From a virus, in the IMG/VR virus record IMGVR_UViG_3300037471_000902, positions 1-64,000 of that record: DNA of 64,000 bases; one strand, 5' to 3'. The position numbers were made by a program, and so were the translations under genes. Positions 8,328-17,815 of the stretch are shown piece by piece (the stretch's first letter is position 1; every line of letters starts with the position of its first letter). The notes beneath the pieces are model-generated. The model did not search any database and had not been told where the DNA came from. It saw only the letters and a program-made list of their open reading frames with translations.

Positions 8328-9383
8328 ATGTATATCACCTACACGTGCAGCGTCTGCAGACGAACTAAAGATATTGAGCAGGACAGCAAGAGGGCTGCGC
8401 CTAACCTGTGCACCATTACCAAGGGTTGTGGTGGCCGACTTATCAACACTGGTCAGACTAGCGTTCTAACACCAACCTCTCCTGTTGCGGGACTCGAGGA
8501 TTGGTACGCTAGAGGGCAACGCATCACGTCACCAGCAGCAGAAGTTGTTGAAGATGACGTGTCGATCGCTACCTCAAATGAAGGAGCGATCAGCTTGGCT
8601 GTTGCTGATTCTGGTGGTGTCATGCCAGAGACCATCACGATGAACCTCCTGCAACGTAAGGAGGGTGCTGTTCCATTCAACCAATACACGTTTAGGCTTA
8701 CGTCCGCTCTAAGCGTCATTTCTGGTAAGGATGTGAATGGTCGCAATCTTCGCTTCTCTACATCCAACGTAGAACAAGGCCAAGTTTATGTCCGCGTAAA
8801 TGGCGTTATTAACACTGACGTAGTACTTACCCAGGACACACTCACATTTCCTGAAGCTCTCCCGTCCAATTCTATCGTTGACGTCATCGTATATCTAGCC
8901 CCAGTCTATACGGCTGTAAGTCTGATCTTTACAAGAAACAGCAGCAAGATCCTTTCTGTTGCCAGAGGATCGTGGATGAATGTCGATTATGTGCAGCGCT
9001 GGGGTGCAGGAATCAAGAGCAAATTTATCCTCTACTCAGTTGATCTTGTCAACTTGGGTTCAGGCAAAATGCAGTTCTCTAACATCAACTTTGATGGTGA
9101 TTGTTTCTTCTGTTTGGCTGCACCTCCTTACGAAGCTCCAGACAGATATTACACCTTTGCAGTTGATTGTGCTGACATCACGGACTTCTCGCTATACGTA
9201 GCGCGGGACACCAACCACATGACTGTTCCTGCAGATCTTGTGAAAGAGGTTTTTCCATTACTTCAAGTCCCGGCAACGGGTCTTATTGAAGCAGACGAGG
9301 CACCAGCTGGTGCGTCTTCATTGATTCAAAGAGACGAATCAACTGTCAGAAAACAAACTAAAAAGATCATCGGTCCTACATGA
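8328..9383 (+). CDS. Probable virion structural protein with N-terminal Cys4 motif
   Basis: CSVC..CTITKGC; beta-rich; late promoter upstream. Confidence 0.55.
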   Translation: MYITYTCSVCRRTKDIEQDSKRAAPNLCTITKGCGGRLINTGQTSVLTPTSPVAGLEDWYARGQRITSPAAEVVEDDVSIATSNEGAISLAVADSGGVMPETITMNLLQRKEGAVPFNQYTFRLTSALSVISGKDVNGRNLRFSTSNVEQGQVYVRVNGVINTDVVLTQDTLTFPEALPSNSIVDVIVYLAPVYTAVSLIFTRNSSKILSVARGSWMNVDYVQRWGAGIKSKFILYSVDLVNLGSGKMQFSNINFDGDCFFCLAAPPYEAPDRYYTFAVDCADITDFSLYVARDTNHMTVPADLVKEVFPLLQVPATGLIEADEAPAGASSLIQRDESTVRKQTKKIIGPT

Positions 9384-9931
9384 TTGCAGACAAGATTCTC
9401 CCTAGTTTTTATCTTCTTGAGCTAAAGGGTGAAATCGCTTCATTTGAACAAATTGTTGGTCAGCGCTTCAACATAAAATCGATTCACATTGCCTCAGGTG
9501 ATTTTGGTTCTGATGTTGAGGCCATGGCTGCTGCTGAAAGTGTCGTCGAGTTTTTACTGCAAAATCCTCAAGTTAAAATAGAAGAATCAACAAGCAAATG
9601 TACGAAGCAGTTTAATCCTGACTTCTACCCAATGCTTGACGCTTTGGAAGTCTCTGACGAGACTCTTGAGGAAGAAGAAAGAGTTCAAGCCCAAGCCCTT
9701 ATGCTTGCGGAAAAGGACCCAACTTTCTCTAGCGCAATCATCACAAAGCGATTTGACGATATTGGCGATTTCATCGCATATCGAATGAATATTCAAGGTG
9801 AGAACTTTGATCTTCAGCTCAAAGTCGGCGTAGATCCGCACGTTTATATCTTGGAAAAACAAAAAGACCAGCAGGAAGAAGCTGAGCGACAGTATGGAAA
9901 ACTTACCGAACACAGACAACTCACTCACTAA
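9380..9931 (+). CDS. Hypothetical protein
   Basis: ATGA-coupled ORF. Confidence 0.6.
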   Translation: MIADKILPSFYLLELKGEIASFEQIVGQRFNIKSIHIASGDFGSDVEAMAAAESVVEFLLQNPQVKIEESTSKCTKQFNPDFYPMLDALEVSDETLEEEERVQAQALMLAEKDPTFSSAIITKRFDDIGDFIAYRMNIQGENFDLQLKVGVDPHVYILEKQKDQQEEAERQYGKLTEHRQLTH

Positions 9932-10358
9932 GGTTGGGTACAAATACGAGGTCAAGTTAGGTAAAGGTTGCAAGGTCTTCAGCGCAGAGCCCTTCGCAAG
10001 CAAATTCAAAAATCTGGGTGAAGTCGTCATCATGTCCCATGCCTTTGACGACTACCAACCATGCGCACAGGATTGCATGGATCTTCTTGGAAATCTTTCT
10101 AATCTGCTGCAACAAGCGTCAGATAGAAAGTACGTGATAGCATCCAAGATCAATCCAATTCATGATGACCTCGCGTCGAAGAACGACGATAGATCAGGTT
10201 GGCATGAACAGGATGTACTGAAGATGTTTCTCGCTGATGCTAAGGTGTTGCGAGATGACAATCTAATCAAATGGGAAGTGTGTGCAACTGTTTCAGTAGA
10301 GCACACCCATGGTGTTGATCTAAGATCTGCACCTGCAAATCAGCCCATATTCATCTAA
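9894..10358 (+). CDS. Hypothetical protein
   Basis: Packed ORF. Confidence 0.55.
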   Translation: MENLPNTDNSLTKVGYKYEVKLGKGCKVFSAEPFASKFKNLGEVVIMSHAFDDYQPCAQDCMDLLGNLSNLLQQASDRKYVIASKINPIHDDLASKNDDRSGWHEQDVLKMFLADAKVLRDDNLIKWEVCATVSVEHTHGVDLRSAPANQPIFI

Positions 10359-10388
10359 GTTTATTTCGGTAGTTGAAGAAAGTACAAT
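10359..10388 (+). promoter_or_regulatory. Early promoter GTTTA-N19-TACAAT
   Basis: Consensus match. Confidence 0.65.
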
Positions 10389-10435
10389 CACATATGTGGT
10401 TGTGCGTAATATAACATCAAGAGGAGAAACACACA

Positions 10436-10756
10436 ATGGCACGCGAACTAACTGTTCAAGGTAAGAAGAGCAAGGAATTTACACCTGTAGTTCAGATTCT
10501 TCAGAATCCGTCAATGAATGCTAAACTGCAGAACTACATCGATGAAGCAGTGAACTGCAAACAAAAGATTTTGATGGAAAATGAATCCATCAAAACTCTT
10601 CGTGAAAGCGCTCGAGAAGAATTGAATATTGACCCCAAAGTTTTTGGTAAGCTGGTAGGACTCTACTACAACAACAACTTTGAACAACAGAAAGAAGAAG
10701 CTGAAAAGTGGGAACTCCTGCTTGAGGCCTTGCTAAATCAACGTATTGGTGCCTAA
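10436..10756 (+). CDS. Double-stranded DNA-binding protein (T4 DsbA-like)
   Basis: YIDEAV.CK..I..E.ESIK.LRE.A.EEL.IDPKVF.KLV.LYY; GAGGAG SD. Confidence 0.7.
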   Translation: MARELTVQGKKSKEFTPVVQILQNPSMNAKLQNYIDEAVNCKQKILMENESIKTLRESAREELNIDPKVFGKLVGLYYNNNFEQQKEEAEKWELLLEALLNQRIGA

Positions 10757-11155
10757 ATGAAAACAGTGCTGCAAAACATAGCTAACGATGTTCAAGTCAT
10801 GGTGGAGAGCAGCACTGAATTCATAGACAAAGCTGGGCATATTTCCAAATATTGCGTAGACGCGGACGTTCTTCACAAAATCATAGGTCGGCTGAGTGAG
10901 ACTGGGATTCCTATCACAGTGCCGCATGCAGCAAGATCGATTAATGTAGATGTTGAAACTAGAATCGCTCAATTAGCGATTCGGCTTGAGCGCGCAAAAA
11001 TCGCAAAATTTGCTGCACAGGAATTTGATCATGGCATTTTTGAATCTGCGATCTATAACGCCATGATTTCAATTGCTAGCGAACTACATGAACTTGGTGT
11101 AGACTTAACAAAACTTGTTTCATTGGTGGATGATGACGAATCAGGAACTTCTTGA
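10757..11155 (+). CDS. Hypothetical protein
   Basis: Packed ORF. Confidence 0.55.
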   Translation: MKTVLQNIANDVQVMVESSTEFIDKAGHISKYCVDADVLHKIIGRLSETGIPITVPHAARSINVDVETRIAQLAIRLERAKIAKFAAQEFDHGIFESAIYNAMISIASELHELGVDLTKLVSLVDDDESGTS

Positions 11156-11342
11156 TCTTTGTGACAATGCGCTGGATGAGAGTGCATCAGTTCAAATCAC
11201 TAGTGAGGATCTTCGGCGATTGGGATATTTTCTTCTGAAGTCGCCAAAAGATCCCATCGTTTGGATACAAGTCAATCATCTCAGGCAAATGCTTTCTGAG
11301 AATGATGTTATTTCTCAGCAGCCTGCGTATGGTATAATTTAA
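11130..11342 (+). CDS. Hypothetical protein
   Basis: Packed ORF, start uncertain. Confidence 0.45.
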   Translation: MMTNQELLDLCDNALDESASVQITSEDLRRLGYFLLKSPKDPIVWIQVNHLRQMLSENDVISQQPAYGII

Positions 11343-11353
11343 GGGAGCATGGA

Positions 11354-11812
11354 GTGCATAAGGTGACGGGAATTATCAGATACGCGCCTAATCGCGGGAA
11401 TGATTTTAGAAAATCATTCAAGGCTAGGCCTGTTATCGTTCAGTTCCCGTATGATGATCTGACTGCGTTCTATCGATGGTTGGTAAAACGTCGCTATCAT
11501 CTTGATCTACAAGCACCTATGTTTGGCAATCATGTCACGATTGTTCGTGGGGATGAGAGGCCACCAAAAACAAAGGCATGGGAAAAGTACGAGGGGCATA
11601 AGCTCACTGTCGAATTAAGCCCACGCATCTACAAAGCCCACCACTTCTGGGTTCTCCCAGTTGTTAGTGATAGATGTTATGAGATTAGACGTGAGTTGGG
11701 CCTTTACAATTTCCACAATCTGCATTTAACGATTGGCAGAGAGTTCGAGAAGGATCGTAGTCGGTATTGGTCTACTCGTCAAATTGATTATCTTCAGGAA
11801 CATGATTCCTAA
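11354..11812 (+). CDS. 2H phosphoesterase family protein
   Basis: Two HxT motifs, NHVTIV and LHLTIG; TATAAT at 11333 and GGAG SD. Confidence 0.7.
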   Translation: MHKVTGIIRYAPNRGNDFRKSFKARPVIVQFPYDDLTAFYRWLVKRRYHLDLQAPMFGNHVTIVRGDERPPKTKAWEKYEGHKLTVELSPRIYKAHHFWVLPVVSDRCYEIRRELGLYNFHNLHLTIGREFEKDRSRYWSTRQIDYLQEHDS

Positions 11813-12074
11813 GCCAACCATTGTCATCTTTACCTGTGATTTGCAGGCGGAATGCTTTGCAGATCCTAATGGGAATGAATTCATTGGCAAAAGATCAATC
11901 AAGACAGGCGAGAAGGGCTATTTGATTAGAAGATTGTGTGGCCACACTGACTTCAATTTGGAGGGTAGAGGCCCCCTTATCTTCACACTTGAATCCGCAA
12001 TCTTTGACGCGGTTAGTTTACCAGCTGCAGAATGGCACATGCGCTGGATGCAATCATTGCTAGACAGTGATTAA
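11802..12074 (+). CDS. Hypothetical protein, member of a dispersed ~90-aa paralogue family
   Basis: AGGA SD before ATG 11802; ends EWHMRWMQSLLD. Confidence 0.55.
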   Translation: MIPKPTIVIFTCDLQAECFADPNGNEFIGKRSIKTGEKGYLIRRLCGHTDFNLEGRGPLIFTLESAIFDAVSLPAAEWHMRWMQSLLDSD

Positions 12075-12105
12075 GTAGACCTGCGTTGAGCGCAGTGCGT
12101 CCCGA

Positions 12106-12126
12106 GTTGCGTAAATATAGCGCAAC
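12106..12126 (+). promoter_or_regulatory. TAAATA (12112-12117) in the loop of a GTTGCG/CGCAAC stem
   Basis: Direct read. Confidence 0.45.
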
Positions 12127-12141
12127 ACAATAATCCAAATA

Positions 12142-13824
12142 ATGAGAAACAGCAACTATGTTGCTGCCTGGATGGACTACAGGCAGCAGAAAGTCGTTGT
12201 CACCGAACGGGACTGCGACACTGGTGAACGATTCACCACCCTCTGGAATTTCCCACTCTACTTCTATGTGCCTGATGAGAATGGTGAGCACACCACTTTG
12301 ACAGGCGAGCGTGTTACCAAGCTTAGCTTTGACACTCAAGAAGAATATGATTCGGCGATTAGGCAATACCCGCGCAAGTGGGAGTCTGATATTAGGCCTG
12401 TCAACAGAGTGTTGATGGATCACTATGGCCATAGTAGCGTGGCGCCAAATGGCAGGCCAACTCCGCCTGTCACATTCGCGTTATTCGACATTGAAGTCGA
12501 CTACAAGCAGAGTTTGGGATTCTCTTCTCCAACGAACCCATATGCTCCCATCAACGCAGTCACGATTTATCAATCGTGGTCTAAGCGCTTTATCACGCTT
12601 GCTGTTCCTCCGCCTGGAGTTGACAAGAACACTTTTGTTCTTCCCACAGCGAAGGAAATGAAGGATGAGTTCAAGTTCGATGTTGAACCAGAAATTTATC
12701 TGTGCGACAATGAGCTAGAACTGCTTGAGGGGCTTCTTGATTCAATTCAAGATGCGGACATCATCTCAGGTTGGTTTAGTGAGTTCTTTGACGTGCCCTA
12801 CGTGTGTGAGCGTATTCGCATGACGATGGGCGAACAGGCATTGAAGTCGCTTGAACTGCCTGGCGCACGTCCGCCTAAGAAGGAAATGGTAAACAGATTT
12901 GGTTCAGAGGAACCAATCTACAAGTTCTTTGGTCGTTCACACCTTGACTATCTTCGATTGTTTGAGAAGTTCACATTCGAAGGTCGATCCAGTTATTCAC
13001 TCGCGAACATCGCGTTCGAAGAGCTTGATGTACCAAAGCTTGAATATGAAGGTACTCTGGAAGAACTGTACAAGAATGACTTCCGCATGTTCCTTCTGTA
13101 CAACATTCGAGATGTCGAAATCTTGAAGTTGTTAGATGAGAAATTCAAGTTCATTCAGCTATGCAATCAGATGGCGCACGAAAATACCGTCGTGTTCTCA
13201 GCCATTCTTGGGACTGTGGCATACGTGGAAACAGGTATTACGAATCACGCCCACCACAAACTTTCTAAGGTAGTCCATGACAAAGTTATTTCAGAGCATG
13301 ACAAGGTAGAGGGCGCAGTTGTCTTGTCTCCACGCATTGGATTGCACGAATGGGTTGGATCTGTTGACATCAACTCGCTTTATCCTAACGTCATCCGCTC
13401 GCTTAACATCTCACCAGAAACCATCATTGGTCAGTTCAGCAATTACATTGAAGAACATGACTGGATGCAAATCAAGAACAGAACAGATGAGCGCATCACG
13501 CTCATTTTGGAATCTGGTGAGCAGGTCATCAAGACGGCTGCTGAATGGTCAGATGAACTGAAGGAAAATAAGTGGGCAGTTTCTGCGTATGGAACTGTCT
13601 TCGATCAGTCAAGAGGCCGTGGCGTTATCCCTGATATTCTGGGATATTGGTACACTGAGCGTAAGCGTCTCCAGGCAGAGAAGAAGAAGTGGGGCAAGGA
13701 AGTTAAATCCTTGCGCCAATCTCTGGGCATTGATATTTCGCACCTTGTGAAAGAGGTTGAAAAATCAGAAAAGGAAGATACTAAATCTATCTTTAATGAC
13801 GAAGATGGGATTCCAAATCTATGA
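12142..13824 (+). CDS. 43A: Family B DNA polymerase, N-terminal part (exonuclease + palm motif A)
   Basis: FDIEVD, GWFSEFFDVPY, YNIRDV, VDINSLYPNVIRSLNISPET. Confidence 0.9.
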   Translation: MRNSNYVAAWMDYRQQKVVVTERDCDTGERFTTLWNFPLYFYVPDENGEHTTLTGERVTKLSFDTQEEYDSAIRQYPRKWESDIRPVNRVLMDHYGHSSVAPNGRPTPPVTFALFDIEVDYKQSLGFSSPTNPYAPINAVTIYQSWSKRFITLAVPPPGVDKNTFVLPTAKEMKDEFKFDVEPEIYLCDNELELLEGLLDSIQDADIISGWFSEFFDVPYVCERIRMTMGEQALKSLELPGARPPKKEMVNRFGSEEPIYKFFGRSHLDYLRLFEKFTFEGRSSYSLANIAFEELDVPKLEYEGTLEELYKNDFRMFLLYNIRDVEILKLLDEKFKFIQLCNQMAHENTVVFSAILGTVAYVETGITNHAHHKLSKVVHDKVISEHDKVEGAVVLSPRIGLHEWVGSVDINSLYPNVIRSLNISPETIIGQFSNYIEEHDWMQIKNRTDERITLILESGEQVIKTAAEWSDELKENKWAVSAYGTVFDQSRGRGVIPDILGYWYTERKRLQAEKKKWGKEVKSLRQSLGIDISHLVKEVEKSEKEDTKSIFNDEDGIPNL

Positions 13825-15122
13825 TAATTGCAAACAAAGAACAACTTGACGCGCTAATATCGTCAGGCGATTATGTGATAGATGGAACTAAACTCTATCA
13901 TCGTGATGAATTTGAAAAAATCAAAGCTGCTGAGAAGCAGGAAGAACAATACGATCTTCTCCAGCTCACAAAGAAGATCGCCATGAACAGCTTGTACGGG
14001 GCTTTGTTAAATCAGGCGTTCCGATTCGGTGATCCGCGAATGGGTGCATCAGTGACTGCAAGTGGCCGTAAGATCACTCAGCACATGATGGAAACTATTG
14101 GTGAAGCGCTGACTGGAGTCAAGACGAATCTTGTCAAGCGATATGCTGACAAGGATTCTGGTGACTTCAACATGTACATGTCTGATCAAGCGTGGGATAT
14201 TTTCTGCAACTTTAATCAGCAACGTGGTACAGAACAGATTGCGTTGTACGCCACCGACAATCCGACCATCATCTATGGTGACACTGACTCCTGTTATTAT
14301 GTCTGTAATGGCGCAACAACCAGGGAAGAGGCGATCGAGATTGCAGATGCAGCTGCAACAATTGTGAATGACAGCTTCCCCAACTTCATGCGAACTGCCT
14401 TCAACTGCCAGCCAGAATTTGACCAACTGATCAAGGCTGGTCGAGAAGTAGTTGGCAGACGTGGTCTGTTCCAAGCGAAGAAGAAGTACATGATCAAGGT
14501 TGTTGATCTTGAGGGAACGGCTGTTGACAAGATGAAGTCTCAGGGATCAGAGATTAAGAAGGCTGACACTCCAAAGATCATCCAGAAATTCCTGAAGGAA
14601 ACAGTGGACATGATTTTGGATGGTAAGTCCTATGATGATGTTTGCAAGTTCGTGAATACCCAACGACGAGTCATCTTGAAGGATCCGAAGAATGTCTTCT
14701 TGCTTGGTGTGTCTAAGCAGGTAAACAATTTGGAAGAAAAATATGGGGAGTTCATTGCATACAACAAGGCTTCAGCTAAAGTTCAAGCAATGATGAAGAA
14801 GCCTAATATCCCTGGTCACGTAAGAGCCTCCATCAACTACAATGAGTTGTTGAACATCTTTGACAAGGGTGCTAAGATGATTAGGAGTGGTGATAAGGTT
14901 CTAATCTATTACCTCAAGCCTAACCAATTTGACTACAAATCCATCGCGCTGCCAGCCGATTTGCTGAAATTCCCAGCATGGTTCAACGACAACTTCCAAG
15001 TTGACATCAAATTGACTGAAGAGAAGATGTTTGAGAACAAACTTTCGGGAGTCTTTCGAGCACTGAATGAGGAGGTACCAACGTTGCAATCAGTTCACCT
15101 TGCCAAACTCATCAAGTTCTGA
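13821..15122 (+). CDS. 43B: Family B DNA polymerase, C-terminal part (motifs B, C, thumb)
   Basis: QLTKKIAMNSLYG, YGDTDS, KKKY; ATGA overlap with part A. Confidence 0.9.
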   Translation: MIIANKEQLDALISSGDYVIDGTKLYHRDEFEKIKAAEKQEEQYDLLQLTKKIAMNSLYGALLNQAFRFGDPRMGASVTASGRKITQHMMETIGEALTGVKTNLVKRYADKDSGDFNMYMSDQAWDIFCNFNQQRGTEQIALYATDNPTIIYGDTDSCYYVCNGATTREEAIEIADAAATIVNDSFPNFMRTAFNCQPEFDQLIKAGREVVGRRGLFQAKKKYMIKVVDLEGTAVDKMKSQGSEIKKADTPKIIQKFLKETVDMILDGKSYDDVCKFVNTQRRVILKDPKNVFLLGVSKQVNNLEEKYGEFIAYNKASAKVQAMMKKPNIPGHVRASINYNELLNIFDKGAKMIRSGDKVLIYYLKPNQFDYKSIALPADLLKFPAWFNDNFQVDIKLTEEKMFENKLSGVFRALNEEVPTLQSVHLAKLIKF

Positions 15123-15127
15123 AGAGA

Positions 15128-15157
15128 GTTTTTCCAGATCTCGGATCTCGATATAAT
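15128..15157 (+). promoter_or_regulatory. Early promoter GTTTT-N19-TATAAT
   Basis: Consensus match. Confidence 0.75.
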
Positions 15158-15179
15158 AGAAGAATAACAAAAATAACAC

Positions 15180-15908
15180 ATGAAAGTTACAGGGAACGAC
15201 ATCACACGTCTTGCAGAAATCGTATCAATTGCGAATCTTGCAGGCATCGAAGGTCTAGTCTTTCAACAAGACGGTCTTGCAAGTGGTCTGAATCCAGATC
15301 GTTCTTGCGCACTCATCACTCAAAAGGCTCCCAATTTTGGTCAGAAGTTGGGCATCACTCGCGTTGGTACTTTCAAGAATCGTTTGAACCTTCTCCTTAA
15401 TTTGAAGGATTTGGTTCTTGATGCGAAGGAGCACGAGCGTGGTGAAATCAGCCAGCTGGACTTCAGTGCTGGAAAAACCAAGATGTCGTATCGTGCATCA
15501 GCTTCCAGCATGATCAAGGCTCCTAAGGAGATTGATGACGAGACTGTTGGCATTTGCACCATTAAGCTTGCGCAGTGGAATGTGATCGTGCAGGCAGTGA
15601 AGAGCATGGGTGCAAAGCAAATCTGCATCATTCTCAAGGATGATGGTGAAGTTGTTTTTGAAGCAGCTGACGAGGCTACCACTGATAGGTTTAGTATTTC
15701 TGTCGATGCGCCTCTGGAAATTTTGAGCGACAACTTTGAGTCAGCTGTTCACTATATTCCAACAGACATGCTCACGACGATTGCTCGAGCAGCAACCCCA
15801 AGCGGTGCTGAAGAACTAGCATTCTCCATCGGAGCAGGTGGCACAATCAAAATGATGGTCGACGATTGCGAAATGTCTATTTTTGCACAGATCAACTCGG
15901 AGGATTAA
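15180..15908 (+). CDS. Putative sliding clamp (gp45-like)
   Basis: 242 aa, directly after the polymerase; two-domain alpha/beta pattern with Y..A...I..P linker. Confidence 0.6.
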   Translation: MKVTGNDITRLAEIVSIANLAGIEGLVFQQDGLASGLNPDRSCALITQKAPNFGQKLGITRVGTFKNRLNLLLNLKDLVLDAKEHERGEISQLDFSAGKTKMSYRASASSMIKAPKEIDDETVGICTIKLAQWNVIVQAVKSMGAKQICIILKDDGEVVFEAADEATTDRFSISVDAPLEILSDNFESAVHYIPTDMLTTIARAATPSGAEELAFSIGAGGTIKMMVDDCEMSIFAQINSED

Positions 15909-15909
15909 A

Positions 15910-16269
15910 ATGACGGATAGAATTAACCCCAACAACGCGTCAGAAGCAGTAGGAGCCGAAGCTCGCTACAAACTTCTTCATGAAAAATATGAAGCACTTC
16001 TTGCTGAATGCAATCAGTGGAAGATCAAGTTTGAAGTGACCGTGATTGGATCTGAGATCGACGTCGTGGGCTCTCTTGGTAATGGCAAGGGCGTTCGCAA
16101 GACTTTGAAGCTGGACGCCGTCGAGTATTGGAAGGACGACAAGAATAGCTTGGCTATCAACATTGCTGATGAAATGTTGGAAGCACTTCTGGGAAATCGC
16201 GCCCGCGAAGAATTGGCAGCAAAGCTAATTCCAGCGCTCACTAACCTTCTTAAAATTACAGGGAAATAA
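15910..16269 (+). CDS. Hypothetical protein
   Basis: GGAGG SD before ATG 15910. Confidence 0.6.
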   Translation: MTDRINPNNASEAVGAEARYKLLHEKYEALLAECNQWKIKFEVTVIGSEIDVVGSLGNGKGVRKTLKLDAVEYWKDDKNSLAINIADEMLEALLGNRAREELAAKLIPALTNLLKITGK

Positions 16270-16270
16270 A

Positions 16271-16567
16271 ATGAGCATTCTCATGAAGGCGCGTGAGTGG
16301 GTCGCCAAGAAATCAAATAAACCCTGGGCAGTGTTTGAAACTGCGGGGCCTGATCGTAGTGGTCGGATGGAATTCAACATTCGCTGGAACAAGGCGTTTG
16401 TTGACAATCTGCTTCGTCATGGTTTTACAGGGGACACTGACGAGGAATTAGTGCAGACCTTCTTCCTCTCTACTCGGGTTCTTCCTGAAAACCTCATCAC
16501 TGAAAACGTGGTGAACCCAGAAGCAACGCCTCGCCTCTCTAGCGAGGCCAACAATCTGGTGAAATAA
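16271..16567 (+). CDS. Hypothetical protein
   Basis: Packed ORF. Confidence 0.6.
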   Translation: MSILMKAREWVAKKSNKPWAVFETAGPDRSGRMEFNIRWNKAFVDNLLRHGFTGDTDEELVQTFFLSTRVLPENLITENVVNPEATPRLSSEANNLVK

Positions 16568-17517
16568 TGAAGCGAATGATTATTGACACGGCTAACTTAT
16601 TGTTCCGTGTTTCAGCAGCGAATGGCAAATATAACACCGGTTCCCCTGAGGAAAAGGCTGGGCTTGCCATGCACATGTCCTTGAATGTCATCAATCGCTT
16701 CTACAGGCAACATCGCCCTGATCAAGTTGCTGTAACGTTTGAGGGTGGACAGAATTGGCGGAAGGAGTATACTCGTTCTGCTGCCTGTAAATCGGGCAAA
16801 GTGTATAAGGCAAATCGGGTGAAGGACGACTCGATGATTCCGTTTTTTGAGCTCATCAAGTCCTTTGAGGAACTGGCTAGGGCGCACACCAGTCTTATCT
16901 GCCTCTCTCATCCTAAGCTGGAAGGTGACGACTTATTTGCTGGTTATGTGCAGAGATTCAGTGAAGCTGGTGATGAGGTGATTGGTGTCTCTGGTGACAG
17001 AGACTTTGTTCAACTGAAAAAGTACAAGAACTTCAAGCTCATTGATCCTGCTGATGGGAAGGAGCGTGTATGTGATGACCCGCTCTTTTTCATGTTTGAG
17101 AAATGTTTTCGTGGGGATTCAGGCGACAATGTCATGTCTGCCTATCCGCGAGTTCGTAAGACCAAACTGGAGGCTGCGCTAAAGGATGATTACGCCTTAA
17201 CCCAGCTTATGAATGAGCAGTGGACATTCACCGATCCAGAGACTGGCGAAGTGACCACCTACAAGGTTGGTGAACTCTTTGAAGAGAATCAACTGCTTAT
17301 GGATTTGGACATGCAGCCAGCTGACATTAGGCAGCTGATTAAGGAGACGCTTGATTATGAATTGGAACATCATGGCAAGTTCTCTCACTTCCACTTCACA
17401 AAGTTCTGCGGAAAATTCGGTCTGAAGCAGATCGCAGAGTCGTCTACAAACTTTGTTGACATGTTCTCTGGACGCAAGTACGCCCCCACACCTACTAAGA
17501 CCAAAATTATCTTCTAA
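16567..17517 (+). CDS. rnh: 5'-3' exonuclease / RNase H (T4 Rnh, FEN-like)
   Basis: IIDTANL, YKANR, EGDDL, SGDRDFVQL, RGDSGDNV. Confidence 0.85.
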   Translation: MKRMIIDTANLLFRVSAANGKYNTGSPEEKAGLAMHMSLNVINRFYRQHRPDQVAVTFEGGQNWRKEYTRSAACKSGKVYKANRVKDDSMIPFFELIKSFEELARAHTSLICLSHPKLEGDDLFAGYVQRFSEAGDEVIGVSGDRDFVQLKKYKNFKLIDPADGKERVCDDPLFFMFEKCFRGDSGDNVMSAYPRVRKTKLEAALKDDYALTQLMNEQWTFTDPETGEVTTYKVGELFEENQLLMDLDMQPADIRQLIKETLDYELEHHGKFSHFHFTKFCGKFGLKQIAESSTNFVDMFSGRKYAPTPTKTKIIF

Positions 17518-17726
17518 TGACGCACGACGAACTGCTTAAAAAAATTGATGACTTGATGTTCAAGCAAGTCATCTATCAAGCTAAAGGAAGCGCTCAACTG
17601 GCTCTAGAGATATGGGACATACAGAAAGAAATTTTGGCTGAGATTAAAAATCTCTATGATGATAGGGATGCTCTCGTCAAATACCAAACGCAGGAGTTGG
17701 TTGAGAAATGTGTGAGCGTAACCTGA
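17517..17726 (+). CDS. Hypothetical protein
   Basis: TAATG-coupled ORF. Confidence 0.55.
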   Translation: MTHDELLKKIDDLMFKQVIYQAKGSAQLALEIWDIQKEILAEIKNLYDDRDALVKYQTQELVEKCVSVT

Positions 17727-17734
17727 TTGTGTTA

Positions 17735-17764
17735 GTTTTTGAATGAAATAATTCTGACTATAAT
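17735..17764 (+). promoter_or_regulatory. Early promoter GTTTT-N19-TATAAT, followed by GGCTCAC/GTGAGCC hairpin (17777-17799)
   Basis: Consensus match; inverted repeat read directly. Confidence 0.7.
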
Positions 17765-17815
17765 TTGATAGTGCATGGCTCACCACATTCAAGTGAGCCT
17801 CAAATAAGTGTTGCA

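Noticed and set aside
13700-13950. Intein, intron or pseudogene frameshift in the polymerase
   Set aside because: No splicing motifs or intervening sequence; clean ATGA coupling and all catalytic motifs retained
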